From Actinomycetota bacterium (GTDB lineage: Bacteria > Actinomycetota > Acidimicrobiia > Spongiisociales > UBA11373): a stretch of 42,361 nt of DNA. A program made the translations under genes and the position numbers. The stretch covers positions 1 to 42,361 of the forward strand of contig JAZDHM010000012.1 in assembly GCA_043805935.1 (NCBI GenBank). Direction: 5' to 3'. Positions 8,357 to 16,526 of this stretch are shown here, piece after piece. Every line of letters begins with the position of its first letter. Position 1 is the stretch's first letter. Under the pieces are notes generated by a model. The model saw only the letters and a program-made list of their open reading frames with translations, was not told the DNA's origin and searched no databases.

Positions 8357-8821
8357 ATGTACGCGATCATCCGCACCGGCGGCAAGCAGGCGAAGGTCCA
8401 CGAGGGCGACGTCATCGACGTCGAGCGTCTCCACGCGGACGGTGAGGTCACCTTCACCCCGCTGCTGGTCGTCGACGACAAGGGCAAGGTCATCTCGGGG
8501 CGAGAGCAGCTGAAGACCGCCAAGGTCACTGCCAAGGTCGTCGGCGAGACCGCCGGGGACAAGGTCGATATGTTCAAGTACAAGGCGAAGACCGGGTACC
8601 GGCGCCGCGGGGGCCATCGCCAGAAATACACGACGATCGAAGTGACCAAGATCGAGATGCCCAAGAAGGCCGCCGCCAAGGCGGCTGCGGGCGAGGCGGA
8701 TGCGTCCGACACCCCGGCGGAGACGCCCGTCGCGGAGACGCCCGCCGCGAAGACCCCGGCCGCCAAGACGACGGCCGCCAAGACCACGACCCGCAAACCG
8801 GCAGCGAAGAAGGAGTCCTGA
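8357..8821 (+). CDS. rplU: 50S ribosomal protein L21 with an Ala/Lys/Thr/Pro-rich C-terminal extension
   Basis: [25 protein letters not shown] is the canonical L21 N-terminus, and [17 protein letters not shown] is also present. The start is ATG 8357. After roughly 100 core residues there is a tail of about 53 aa ([12 protein letters not shown]...[15 protein letters not shown]). Confidence 0.9.
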   Translation: MYAIIRTGGKQAKVHEGDVIDVERLHADGEVTFTPLLVVDDKGKVISGREQLKTAKVTAKVVGETAGDKVDMFKYKAKTGYRRRGGHRQKYTTIEVTKIEMPKKAAAKAAAGEADASDTPAETPVAETPAAKTPAAKTTAAKTTTRKPAAKKES

Positions 8822-8822
8822 C

Positions 8823-9077
8823 GTGTCGAAGACCAAAGGCGGCGGTTCCACCAAGAACGGCCGCGATTCGCATGCCAAGCGCCTCGGGTCCAAGGTGTTC
8901 GACGGCGCGGTCGTCGGGGCCGGCACGATCATCGTCCGCCAGCGTGGCACGCTGATCCATCCCGGTGAGAACGTCGGCAAGGGGGGCGACGACACACTGT
9001 TCGCCACCGCCGAGGGCGTGGTCCGCTACGGGACACGCCGCGGGCGCCGTGAGGTCGACGTCCTCGTCGAGAGCTGA
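8823..9077 (+). CDS. rpmA: 50S ribosomal protein L27
   Basis: From GTG 8823 the protein reads [28 protein letters not shown]...IIVRQRGT, the canonical L27 core. The upstream part of the track ORF overlaps rplU and is Arg/Pro-rich, so I excluded it. Confidence 0.9.
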   Translation: MSKTKGGGSTKNGRDSHAKRLGSKVFDGAVVGAGTIIVRQRGTLIHPGENVGKGGDDTLFATAEGVVRYGTRRGRREVDVLVES

Positions 9078-9101
9078 GGCCGCCACGGCTGGTAGCGGGC
9101 C

Positions 9102-10373
9102 GTGTTCGTAGACGAGGTCGTCGTCCATCTCCGCGCCGGTGACGGAGGCGCCGGGATCGTCTCGTTCCAGCGCGAGCGCGGCAAGCCTCGCGGCAAGGCC
9201 GAAGGCGGGTCCGGTGGCGGTGGCGGGGACGTCATCGTGGAGGCCGATCCCGCGATGTCCACCCTGCTGGAATTCCGTCGCCGGCCGCACCGCCGCGCGG
9301 GGTCGGGCACCCACGGCAGGGGTGACCTCCAGCACGGACGCAGAGGGGACGACCTCCTGCTCCGTGTGCCTCCGGGAACGGTGGTGCGCGACGCCGCGGG
9401 AACGGTGCTTGCCGACCTCGCCAAGGCCGGCCAGCACGTGACCCTGCTCACCGGGGGACGTCCGGGCCGTGGCAATGCCGCGCTGATCGGGCCGCGGCGG
9501 GTGGCGCCCGACTTCGCCGAGCAGGGGGAGTACGGGACCGAGGCCGACTTCACCTTCGAGCTCAAGCTGGTGGCGGACGCCGCCATCATCGGGTTCCCCA
9601 ACGCCGGGAAGAGCACCTTGATCGCCAGGGTTTCCGCAGCCAGGCCGAAGATCGCCGACTATCCATTCACCACCCTCGAGCCGAACCTCGGAGTCGTCGA
9701 GGTAGACGACCGCCAGTTCGTGCTCGCCGACATCCCCGGTCTGATCGAAGGGGCGTCGGAGGGCAAGGGTCTCGGGCACCGTTTTCTCCGCCACGTCGAG
9801 CGGGCGCGGGCACTGCTCGTGCTGCTCGACCCGTCACCCCTCCAGGAGCATTCGGTGGCCCAGCAGCTCGGGATCTTGCGCACGGAACTGGTCCGGCACG
9901 ATCCGGCGCTGGCACGCCGGGCGGAGGTAGTGGCGGTGTCCAAGGCCGACCTGGCCGAGGCGGCGCCCGCCCGTGATGCCCTGGTGGCCGCGGGCATCGA
10001 TGCGCTCCTTCTGTCCGCGGTGACCGGGGCGGGGATCGACCAGGTGATGCACGCGCTGGCCGACGTCGTGGCGGAGTCGGAGCGCGACGCCCCCGAGAAC
10101 GAGGGGTTCGTGCTCCATCGCCCGGCACCGCCCGGGTTCGAGGTCCATTACGACGGTGAGCGGTGGGTGGTGACCGGACGGTTGGCGGAGCGCGCCGTGG
10201 CTTTCGACGACCTCACCAGGCCGGAGACCGCCGGCGCGGCTGCCGCACGGCTCGCCCGAGCGGGCGTCGACGCCGCCCTGCGTCGCCTGGGGGCGCGTCC
10301 GGGCGACGAGGTCCGGATCGGCGATCTCGTGTTCGAGTTCTCCGAGGACGGGGCCGCCCCCGAACCCGGCTAG
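9102..10373 (+). CDS. obg: GTPase Obg/CgtA
   Basis: Glycine-rich Obg fold at the N-terminus (FVDEVVVHLRAGDGGAGIVSFQRE). GTPase motifs are G1 GFPNAGKST, G3 DIPGLIEGA and an SKAD G4 variant. An Obg C-terminal domain is present and the start is GTG. Confidence 0.95.
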   Translation: MFVDEVVVHLRAGDGGAGIVSFQRERGKPRGKAEGGSGGGGGDVIVEADPAMSTLLEFRRRPHRRAGSGTHGRGDLQHGRRGDDLLLRVPPGTVVRDAAGTVLADLAKAGQHVTLLTGGRPGRGNAALIGPRRVAPDFAEQGEYGTEADFTFELKLVADAAIIGFPNAGKSTLIARVSAARPKIADYPFTTLEPNLGVVEVDDRQFVLADIPGLIEGASEGKGLGHRFLRHVERARALLVLLDPSPLQEHSVAQQLGILRTELVRHDPALARRAEVVAVSKADLAEAAPARDALVAAGIDALLLSAVTGAGIDQVMHALADVVAESERDAPENEGFVLHRPAPPGFEVHYDGERWVVTGRLAERAVAFDDLTRPETAGAAAARLARAGVDAALRRLGARPGDEVRIGDLVFEFSEDGAAPEPG

Positions 10374-10915
10374 CTGTTGCCCAGGTTGGCGAGCTCCTCC
10401 GGCGTCAGGCACTCCAGGAACACGGGAAGCATCGCCGTGACCACGGCGTCGCTGGCGAAGGTGCTGTCGCCGCTCACGAACGACTCGCCAACCGCATCGC
10501 GGAACGCATCGCTGGCGAGCATTCCCTCGATCACGCAGCGTGCCGAATCCTCGGACAGGCCGGTCCCCGAGCCGGACATCTCAGAGACCAGGGCGTCGGC
10601 TACGTCGACGCAGCCGAGCATCACGTCGACGACCAACCGCCGCTGCTCCGCCGACAAGGTGGCCATGAAGGCGTCGAAGCTGAGGTCGATCCCTGCCGTC
10701 ACGGTCTCGGCACCCAGCTCGTCGACTACACCCTCGGCGAAGCACTGTGCCGACTCATCGGTGATCGGGAGCTCGCCACTCTGGGCCTGAGGGCTCTCGC
10801 TGATGTTGCTGCGCAGCGACGACACGAGTTGTGGGTCGGCGTTGCTCGAGCTGTCGTCGCCACACGCGGCGACGAGAAGCATGGCGGTGAGAATCACGGT
10901 CACGAGGCGTCGCAC
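10370..10915 (-). CDS. Predicted lipoprotein of unknown function with two Cys-containing repeat modules
   Basis: Signal peptide with lipobox (MRRLVTVILTAMLLVAAC). An internal duplication is visible (ESAQCFAEGVVDELG... / EDSARCVIEGMLASD...). I recognise no family. Its stop overlaps the obg stop in a shared CTAG. Confidence 0.6.
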   Translation of the reverse strand: MRRLVTVILTAMLLVAACGDDSSSNADPQLVSSLRSNISESPQAQSGELPITDESAQCFAEGVVDELGAETVTAGIDLSFDAFMATLSAEQRRLVVDVMLGCVDVADALVSEMSGSGTGLSEDSARCVIEGMLASDAFRDAVGESFVSGDSTFASDAVVTAMLPVFLECLTPEELANLGNS

Positions 10916-10997
10916 ACGGCCCTCCTGGTCTGGTGCGTGCAGGCTATCAGGTGGAGGGTGTCACCTACACTCGCCGGGTGACCCCCCGCGTGTGGCC

Positions 10998-11864
10998 ATG
11001 ACGATGCTCGAACACCCCGACGCGGTGGTGCGGGCACTCGCATCCCAGGGCTACCTTGCCGACGATCGGATCGCCCAGGTGGTGTTCCTGGCGGATCGTC
11101 TCGACAAGCCGGTGCTCGTGGAGGGTCCTGCCGGAGTGGGCAAGACGGAACTCGCCAAGGCCCTGGCCGCCGCGACGGGCCGGCGCCTGATTCGCCTCCA
11201 GTGCTACGAGGGCATCGACGAGGCCAAGGCGCTCTACGAGTGGAACTACCGCAAGCAGCTCCTGCGGCTCCAGGCGGATCGGGGCCGGGAGTGGGCGGAT
11301 CTGGAGGGCGACATCTTCGCCGAGGACTTCCTGCTGAGCAGGCCGCTGCTGGAGGCGATCCGCTCGCGCGAACCCGTCGTGCTGCTCATCGACGAGGTCG
11401 ACCGCGTCGAGGTCGAGACCGAGGCGTTGCTGCTCGAGGTGCTCAGTGACTTCCAGGTGTCGATCCCCGAACTGGGCACGATCGCCGCCACCACCCACCC
11501 GGCGGTGTTCCTCACCTCGAACAACACCCGCGAGCTGTCCGAGGCGCTCAAACGGCGATGCCTCTTCCTCCACATCGGGTATCCGACCATCGAACGGGAG
11601 ACGCAGATCCTGCTCACCCGGGTCCCCGAGCTCGATGCCGTGCTGGCCGATCGGGTCGCCCGTCTTGTGGCCGGAATCCGGGCGCAGCCGCTGCGCAAAC
11701 CGCCTTCGGTGAGCGAATCGGTCGACTGGGCGCGGACCCTCCTCGCCCTCGGGGTGGGGGAGCTCGACGAACGTGTCGTCGCCGACACCCTCCACGTGCT
11801 GCTCAAGTATCAGACCGACATCGATCGGGTTCGTGCGGGCATGGCCGACGCCGCTGCCAAGTGA
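10998..11864 (+). CDS. MoxR-family AAA+ ATPase (CoxD-like)
   Basis: Walker A GPAGVGKTE and Walker B VVLLIDEVDR, with a size and layout typical of MoxR. The start is ATG 10998 (MTMLEHP...). A VWA partner follows directly. Confidence 0.85.
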   Translation: MTMLEHPDAVVRALASQGYLADDRIAQVVFLADRLDKPVLVEGPAGVGKTELAKALAAATGRRLIRLQCYEGIDEAKALYEWNYRKQLLRLQADRGREWADLEGDIFAEDFLLSRPLLEAIRSREPVVLLIDEVDRVEVETEALLLEVLSDFQVSIPELGTIAATTHPAVFLTSNNTRELSEALKRRCLFLHIGYPTIERETQILLTRVPELDAVLADRVARLVAGIRAQPLRKPPSVSESVDWARTLLALGVGELDERVVADTLHVLLKYQTDIDRVRAGMADAAAK

Positions 11865-13297
11865 TGGCTGCCTTCCTCACCACCTTCGTCGGCGAGCTCC
11901 GGGCGGTGGGCATTCCCGTTTCGATGGTGGAGGCGGTCGACGCCGCCCGCGCCCTGGAGCACGTGGACCTGACCCGGAGGCCGGCGTTCAAGGCCGCCCT
12001 CGGCGCCACGCTCGTCAAGAGCGCCCGGCACGTCGACGCGTTCGAGGCGGCGTTCGAGGCGTTCTTCTCGCTGCTGCCCGCCGCCGGTGAGGCCGCCGAG
12101 GGGCGGGACCGGGCCGACCTGGCGACCATCGCCGTCGCCGGCAGGGGAGGTTCCGGTTCCGGAGAGTCCGACCTGGAGGAGCTGGTCGCCGCCCTGTTCG
12201 CCGCCCTGCGGGACGGTGATCCCGGTCTGACCCAGGCGGTGGTCCGCCAGGCGGTGATTCGGCTCGCCGGGATGGAGCCCGGGCGGCCGGTCGGAGGCAC
12301 CTACTACCTCTATCGGGTGCTGCGCCGTCTCGACCTCGATGCGATCCGCCAGCGGCTGCTCGCCTCGTTGTCGGTGGCCGATTCGTCGCCCCTGGAGCGA
12401 CGGCTCATCGTGGAGGAGGTCGAACGCCGGCTGGAGGAGTTTCGGGAGGCGCTCCGGGCGGAGATTCGCAAGCGCCTCGTGGCCGACCGTGGGCGCGAGG
12501 CTGTGGCGAGAACCCTAAGGCGTCCGCTGGTCGAGGACATCGATCTCACCACCGCCACCCGCGAGGACCTCGCCCGGATCGAGGCGGTGATCCATCCCCT
12601 GACCCGCAAGCTGGCGGCGAGGCTTGCCCAGCGCCGCCGAGCCGGCCGCCAGGGGAGGCTGGACGTCCGTCGGACCCTCCGGCGGTCGCTGTCGACCGGC
12701 GGGGTGCCGGTCGACCCGCGGTTCCGCCGTCCCCGGCCCGGCAAGCCCGAGATCGTGCTGCTCGCCGACATCAGCGGGTCGGTGGCGACGTTCGCCCGGT
12801 TCACGATGCAGATCGTGCATGCGATCGCCGCCCAGTTCAGCCGGGTCCGGTCGTTCGCCTTCATCGACACCGTCGACGAGGTGACCGGGTTCTTCGGCTC
12901 GGGGACGGACTTCGCGGAGGCGCTGCGGCGGGTGGGCACCGAGGCGGAGGTGGTGTGGCTCGACGGCCACAGCGACTACGGAAACGTGTTCGGCACGTTC
13001 GTCGACCGGTACCTCGGAGCGGTGTCCCCCCGGTCGACGGTGATCATCACGGGCGATGCCCGCACCAACTACCACGACCCTGGAGTGGCCGCCCTGCGGC
13101 GAATGGCGGCGGCCGCTCGCGCCGTGTACTGGCTCAACCCGGAGCACCATCGGTACTGGGATACCGGCGACTCGGTGATCGGGGCGTATGCGCCGGCGTG
13201 CGACGAGGTGCACGAGGTGCGCAATCTGAGGCAACTGGAGCGGTTCGTCGAAAAGGTGGCCGCTCCCCTGACCAGGCCGGTGCGCCGCCCGGCGTGA
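11864..13297 (+). CDS. VWA domain protein (CoxE-like), partner of the MoxR ATPase
   Basis: The ATG overlaps the MoxR stop (TGATG). The C-terminal VWA domain has the MIDAS motif LLADISGSV. The N-terminal region is typical of CoxE-like proteins. Confidence 0.8.
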   Translation: MAAFLTTFVGELRAVGIPVSMVEAVDAARALEHVDLTRRPAFKAALGATLVKSARHVDAFEAAFEAFFSLLPAAGEAAEGRDRADLATIAVAGRGGSGSGESDLEELVAALFAALRDGDPGLTQAVVRQAVIRLAGMEPGRPVGGTYYLYRVLRRLDLDAIRQRLLASLSVADSSPLERRLIVEEVERRLEEFREALRAEIRKRLVADRGREAVARTLRRPLVEDIDLTTATREDLARIEAVIHPLTRKLAARLAQRRRAGRQGRLDVRRTLRRSLSTGGVPVDPRFRRPRPGKPEIVLLADISGSVATFARFTMQIVHAIAAQFSRVRSFAFIDTVDEVTGFFGSGTDFAEALRRVGTEAEVVWLDGHSDYGNVFGTFVDRYLGAVSPRSTVIITGDARTNYHDPGVAALRRMAAAARAVYWLNPEHHRYWDTGDSVIGAYAPACDEVHEVRNLRQLERFVEKVAAPLTRPVRRPA

Positions 13298-13305
13298 GCC
13301 GGGCG
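13286..13305 (+). terminator. Perfect 8-bp GC hairpin (CGCCCGGC-GTGA-GCCGGGCG) with the VWA stop codon in its loop
   Basis: Read directly. The TGA at 13295-13297 is in the loop and the 3' arm abuts the GCAGANN array. Terminator function is inferred. Confidence 0.4.
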
Positions 13306-13346
13306 CAGAGGGCAGAACGCAGACGGCACAAGGCGGAAGGCGGGGC
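13305..13346. repeat. Degenerate heptamer array GCAGAGG GCAGAAC GCAGACG GCACAAG GCGGAAG GCGGGGC
   Basis: Six consecutive 7-nt units read directly, immediately 3' of the VWA gene and 5' of the receiver gene. Confidence 0.8.
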
Positions 13347-13435
13347 CGCACTAGCTCGTGCGAGGGAGCCGCGGTGACCCTCAAGACGGCTGCGCCCGAC
13401 GCCGATATCAGGGGGAGTTACCAGAAGAGGTGCCG

Positions 13436-13825
13436 ATGGCACAGCGAGTGCTGGTGGTCGAGGATTCCGCCGTCATCCAGCGGCTGATCTCGGTGTGCTT
13501 GCGCCCCGCCGGGGTCGACGTCGAGACCCGCGCCGACGGCCCCACCGGTCTCGAGGCCGCCCTCACCACGCGGCCCGACCTGCTCATCTTGGACGTCGGC
13601 CTGCCTCGCATGGACGGATGGGAGGTCCTCGAACGCATCCGCTCCGATGTCCGGACGCGGGCGATGAAGGTGCTCGTGCTCACTGCCCACGCCCAGGAAG
13701 AAACGCGCGAACGCGCCGACCGGGGTGGGGCGGACGCCTTCCTGACCAAGCCGTTCCGTCCCGACGATCTGCGCAGCGTCGCCCTGCAGTTGCTCGCCGG
13801 ACCGGCCGCCGTCGCCACCGCCTGA
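13436..13825 (+). CDS. Single-domain response regulator (CheY-like receiver)
   Basis: 129 aa: VLVVEDS acidic pocket, LLILDVGLPRMDG (phospho-acceptor Asp), VLVLTAH (Thr) and FLTKPF (Lys). An AGAAGAGG Shine-Dalgarno precedes ATG 13436. There is no output domain and no kinase in the window. Confidence 0.85.
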   Translation: MAQRVLVVEDSAVIQRLISVCLRPAGVDVETRADGPTGLEAALTTRPDLLILDVGLPRMDGWEVLERIRSDVRTRAMKVLVLTAHAQEETRERADRGGADAFLTKPFRPDDLRSVALQLLAGPAAVATA

Positions 13826-13826
13826 G

Positions 13827-13854
13827 GCAGACAGCAGAGGGCAGAGAGCAGACG
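13827..13854. repeat. Heptamer array GCAGACA GCAGAGG GCAGAGA GCAGACG
   Basis: Four consecutive units starting 2 nt after the receiver stop codon. The unit and orientation match the 13305-13346 array. Confidence 0.85.
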
Positions 13855-13911
13855 CGGGGGCCAGCCGCTAGACCTCGGCCGGATCAGGCGATACGTTGCG
13901 TCGGCTCCTCG

Positions 13912-14400
13912 ATGTTGCCCCTCGTCGTCTCCCTCGTCTCGGTCTCCTGCCTGCTCGGCCCGCCGGCCGACGGACCGGTGGTGCGCCGATTCGCCCCCGA
14001 CGGCCTATTCGGAGGCCATTGGGGGATCGACGTCGGCGTCGCCGAGGGCACGCCGGTCCGGGCGGCAGCGAGTGGGGTTGTCACCTTTTCGGGAACCGTC
14101 GCCGGCAACCAGACAATCACGGTGCACCACGGCGGCGGGGTGCGCACCTCGTACTCCTATCTGACGTTACGGCGCGTGGCCGCCGGTGAGCGGGTGGCCG
14201 CCGGAGCGATCCTCGGCGCTTCAGGCGTCGATCACGGCATCCCGGCGGTTCACTTCTCGGTCCGGGTGGGTGACAGATACGTCGACCCCCTGGCGACGTG
14301 CCGGGGGCTTGGCTCGCCGTCGGCGGGGCTGCACCTCGCACCCACCATCGCCACCTATCCTGTCCCTCGTGCGCCGCGGCCTGCTCGGCGGGACCTTTGA
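13912..14400 (+). CDS. M23-family (LytM-type) metallopeptidase, secreted or lipoprotein
   Basis: N-terminal signal-like segment MLPLVVSLVSVSCLLG. HxxxD motif (HWGIDV) and C-terminal HxH-type motif (AVHFSV). The start is ATG 13912. The gene overlaps nadD by 32 nt. Confidence 0.8.
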   Translation: MLPLVVSLVSVSCLLGPPADGPVVRRFAPDGLFGGHWGIDVGVAEGTPVRAAASGVVTFSGTVAGNQTITVHHGGGVRTSYSYLTLRRVAAGERVAAGAILGASGVDHGIPAVHFSVRVGDRYVDPLATCRGLGSPSAGLHLAPTIATYPVPRAPRPARRDL

Positions 14401-14941
14401 CCCGCCCCACCTCGCTCACCTGGTCGCCGGCGAGGCGGCGTTCCGGGCGCTCGACCTCGACGAGGTCACCTTCATGCCCGCCGGGGCGCCGTGGCAGAAG
14501 ACGGATCGTGACGTCACCGCGGCCGCCCACCGCTGGGAGATGACCCGGCTGGCGGTGGAGGGCGTCGACTACTTCCGGGCCGACGATCGCGAGGTGCGGC
14601 GTGACGGCTGGACCTACACCATCGACACCCTCGACGAGTTTCCCGGCGACGAGATCGTGCTGGTGATGGGAGCCGACGCCGCCGCCGGGCTCCCCACCTG
14701 GCACCGCGCCCCCGACGTGATCGCGCGCGCCTCGATCGCGGTGATGCCGCGGGCGGGCGTGGACCGGGCGGCGGTGGAGGCGTCGGGGGCGGCGATGACC
14801 TGGCTCGACGTCCCCGAGCTGGCGATGAGCGGAACGATGCTGCGCGCCCGGTGCCGGGCGGGGCTGAGCATCCGCTTCTTCGTGGCCGAGCCGGTGTATC
14901 GGTACGTGCTCGACCACGGGCTCTATGGCGAACCGTCGTAG
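14369..14941 (+). CDS. nadD: Nicotinate-nucleotide adenylyltransferase
   Basis: GGTFDPPHLAHL nucleotidyltransferase motif directly after GTG 14369, a C-terminal SGT-type motif (MSGTMLR), and WTYTIDTL. The nadD-(LCP)-rsfS synteny also supports the call. Confidence 0.9.
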   Translation: MRRGLLGGTFDPPHLAHLVAGEAAFRALDLDEVTFMPAGAPWQKTDRDVTAAAHRWEMTRLAVEGVDYFRADDREVRRDGWTYTIDTLDEFPGDEIVLVMGADAAAGLPTWHRAPDVIARASIAVMPRAGVDRAAVEASGAAMTWLDVPELAMSGTMLRARCRAGLSIRFFVAEPVYRYVLDHGLYGEPS

Positions 14942-16106
14942 GGTCTGGCCGCGGGTGGTGACCGCGGTCGTCGTTGTGGGAGCGCTCGGCGCCGCCTGCG
15001 TGTTCCAGTGGGATTGGGTGCGGGCCAGGGCTGACGACGTGGCCGGCCAGGTGTCGCGGTGGAGCACGAGCTTGCGGAACACCGCAGCCACGCTCCCCGA
15101 GGCGGAGGTCGACGCCCGCACCCTCATCGGCGAGTCGGCTGCAGCCCTCATCGTGATCGGGTCGGACGAGAACGATGCCGCTTTTGCCCTGCTCTCGGTG
15201 GCGCCGACCGGACCACCCGCCGTCGTGATCTTGCCGCAGCCGATGCTGCTCTCGGTCCCCGGGTACGGCGAGTTCCGCCTGGTGGACGCCCTGCAGTTCG
15301 AAGGGCCCGACCTGGCGGCCCTGGCGGTGACCAACGAGTTCGGGGTGCGGATCGACCGGGTGGTGGCGGTGCCAGCGGGCACGCTGGCGACGGCGGTCGA
15401 CCAGCCGGTCACGGTCGACCTCGCCACGCCGATGTTCGTCGACCAGGGCGGCACCATCCAGCGAGTGGTCGATGCGGGGGAGTCAGAGGTCTCGCCTCAG
15501 GTCCTCGAGACGCTGCTCGTCACCCAGGGCGAGGGCGACCCGTTCGAGTGGCTGCAGCGCCAGGGGGCGGTGTGGCGGGCGGTCCTCGACGCGGTGGTGG
15601 CGCGTCCTGCCGTTGCCGACCGGCTGCTCATCGAGTCGGGCGGAACCGCCGCCGCCGATCTCCTGGTGACCGTCGCCGGGAACGACGACGCCGTCGTCGC
15701 CACCGTCCCGGTGGAACGTGCCCAGTCGGCCTCGCCGGACACGCTCGCTCCGGTCACCGACCGGATCGACGGGTTCGTCGCCGAGCGGCTCGGCCATCTG
15801 CTGATTCGGCCGGCAGGCCGTCCTCGCATCGAGATCCTCAACGGCAACGGCCGGATCGGGGCGACCCGGGGCGTGGCCGAGCTGCTGGTGCGCCTCGGGT
15901 TTGAGCTGGTTCGCACCGACAACGCCGCCAGCTTCGACTACCCCGAGACCATCGTGATCGGCCAGGGCCAGAACAACGAGGCCGCCGCCCGCGAGGTGGC
16001 CGCCGCCCTGGGGCGGGGGAGCCTGCAGCTGGAGGTGCGAGAGCCCTCGGCGGTCATCGACGTCTCTATCATCGTGGGCGACGACATTCCCGCAGAGGAA
16101 GGCTGA
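14925..16106 (+). CDS. LCP-like protein with a C-terminal LytR_C domain
   Basis: N-terminal TM (VVTAVVVVGALGAACVF) and a degenerate LCP-like core (LIVIGSDE ... LLSVPGYGEFRLVDAL ... GVRIDRVVAV). The C-terminal LytR_C pattern is clear (RIEILNGNGRIGATRGVAELLVRLGFELV). Its position between nadD and rsfS is as in other Actinobacteria. Confidence 0.6.
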   Translation: MANRRRVWPRVVTAVVVVGALGAACVFQWDWVRARADDVAGQVSRWSTSLRNTAATLPEAEVDARTLIGESAAALIVIGSDENDAAFALLSVAPTGPPAVVILPQPMLLSVPGYGEFRLVDALQFEGPDLAALAVTNEFGVRIDRVVAVPAGTLATAVDQPVTVDLATPMFVDQGGTIQRVVDAGESEVSPQVLETLLVTQGEGDPFEWLQRQGAVWRAVLDAVVARPAVADRLLIESGGTAAADLLVTVAGNDDAVVATVPVERAQSASPDTLAPVTDRIDGFVAERLGHLLIRPAGRPRIEILNGNGRIGATRGVAELLVRLGFELVRTDNAASFDYPETIVIGQGQNNEAAAREVAAALGRGSLQLEVREPSAVIDVSIIVGDDIPAEEG

Positions 16107-16201
16107 GGCCCATAGCGCTGCACCCGGAAACGGCATCGGCCGCCGAGGCAGCCGCGTCTGCGATCGACGACAAGAAGGGCCTCGACGTCGTCCTCCTCGA
16201 C

Positions 16202-16477
16202 GTGTCGCGGGTGATCGTGCTCACCGACGTGTTCGTCATCGCTGCCGGGACGTCGCGCCGCCACGTCAAGACGCTGGCCGACGAGGTCGAATTCCGTCTC
16301 AAGGGGATCGGCCGCCGGCCCTTGCGCCGCGAGGGGGTCGAGGACGCTACCTGGCTCCTCCTCGACTTCGGCGACGTTGTGATCCACATCTTCGACCAGG
16401 AGACCAGGCGCTACTACGACCTCGAGCGGTTGTGGTCCGACGCCCCCCGGCTCGAGTTCGTCCCCACCTCCCGGTAG
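16202..16477 (+). CDS. rsfS: Ribosome silencing factor RsfS (Iojap family); the true start is probably upstream
   Basis: VFVIAAGTSRRHVKTLADEV and DFGDVVIHIFDQETRRYYDLERLW are canonical RsfS motifs. The conserved IDDKKGLDVVLLDV segment lies in frame upstream of the first ATG/GTG/TTG (16202). The real start is therefore probably a non-canonical codon between 16103 and 16118. Confidence 0.85.
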   Translation: MSRVIVLTDVFVIAAGTSRRHVKTLADEVEFRLKGIGRRPLRREGVEDATWLLLDFGDVVIHIFDQETRRYYDLERLWSDAPRLEFVPTSR

Positions 16478-16526
16478 CCACCGTCCCGCATCCGGCGTCT
16501 CCGGTTCGGGTGATACCGTCCCGCCC

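Noticed and set aside
13826-13911. c-di-AMP (ydaO-type) riboswitch upstream of the M23 peptidase, as is common for actinobacterial cell-wall hydrolases
   Set aside because: The spacer is only 86 nt, mostly heptamer array, and lacks the pseudo-two-fold ydaO architecture. It is too short for that riboswitch.
16103-16105. Systematic use of CTG starts overlapping upstream stops as CTGA (seen at 16103 before rsfS, 23807-23805 before the NTase ORF, and 29204 before comEC)
   Set aside because: A C before TGA is very common in a genome with C/G-rich third codon positions, and the required frame relation has about a one-in-three chance. Three cases among about 45 genes is not evidence. Only the rsfS case has independent support from a conserved upstream segment.
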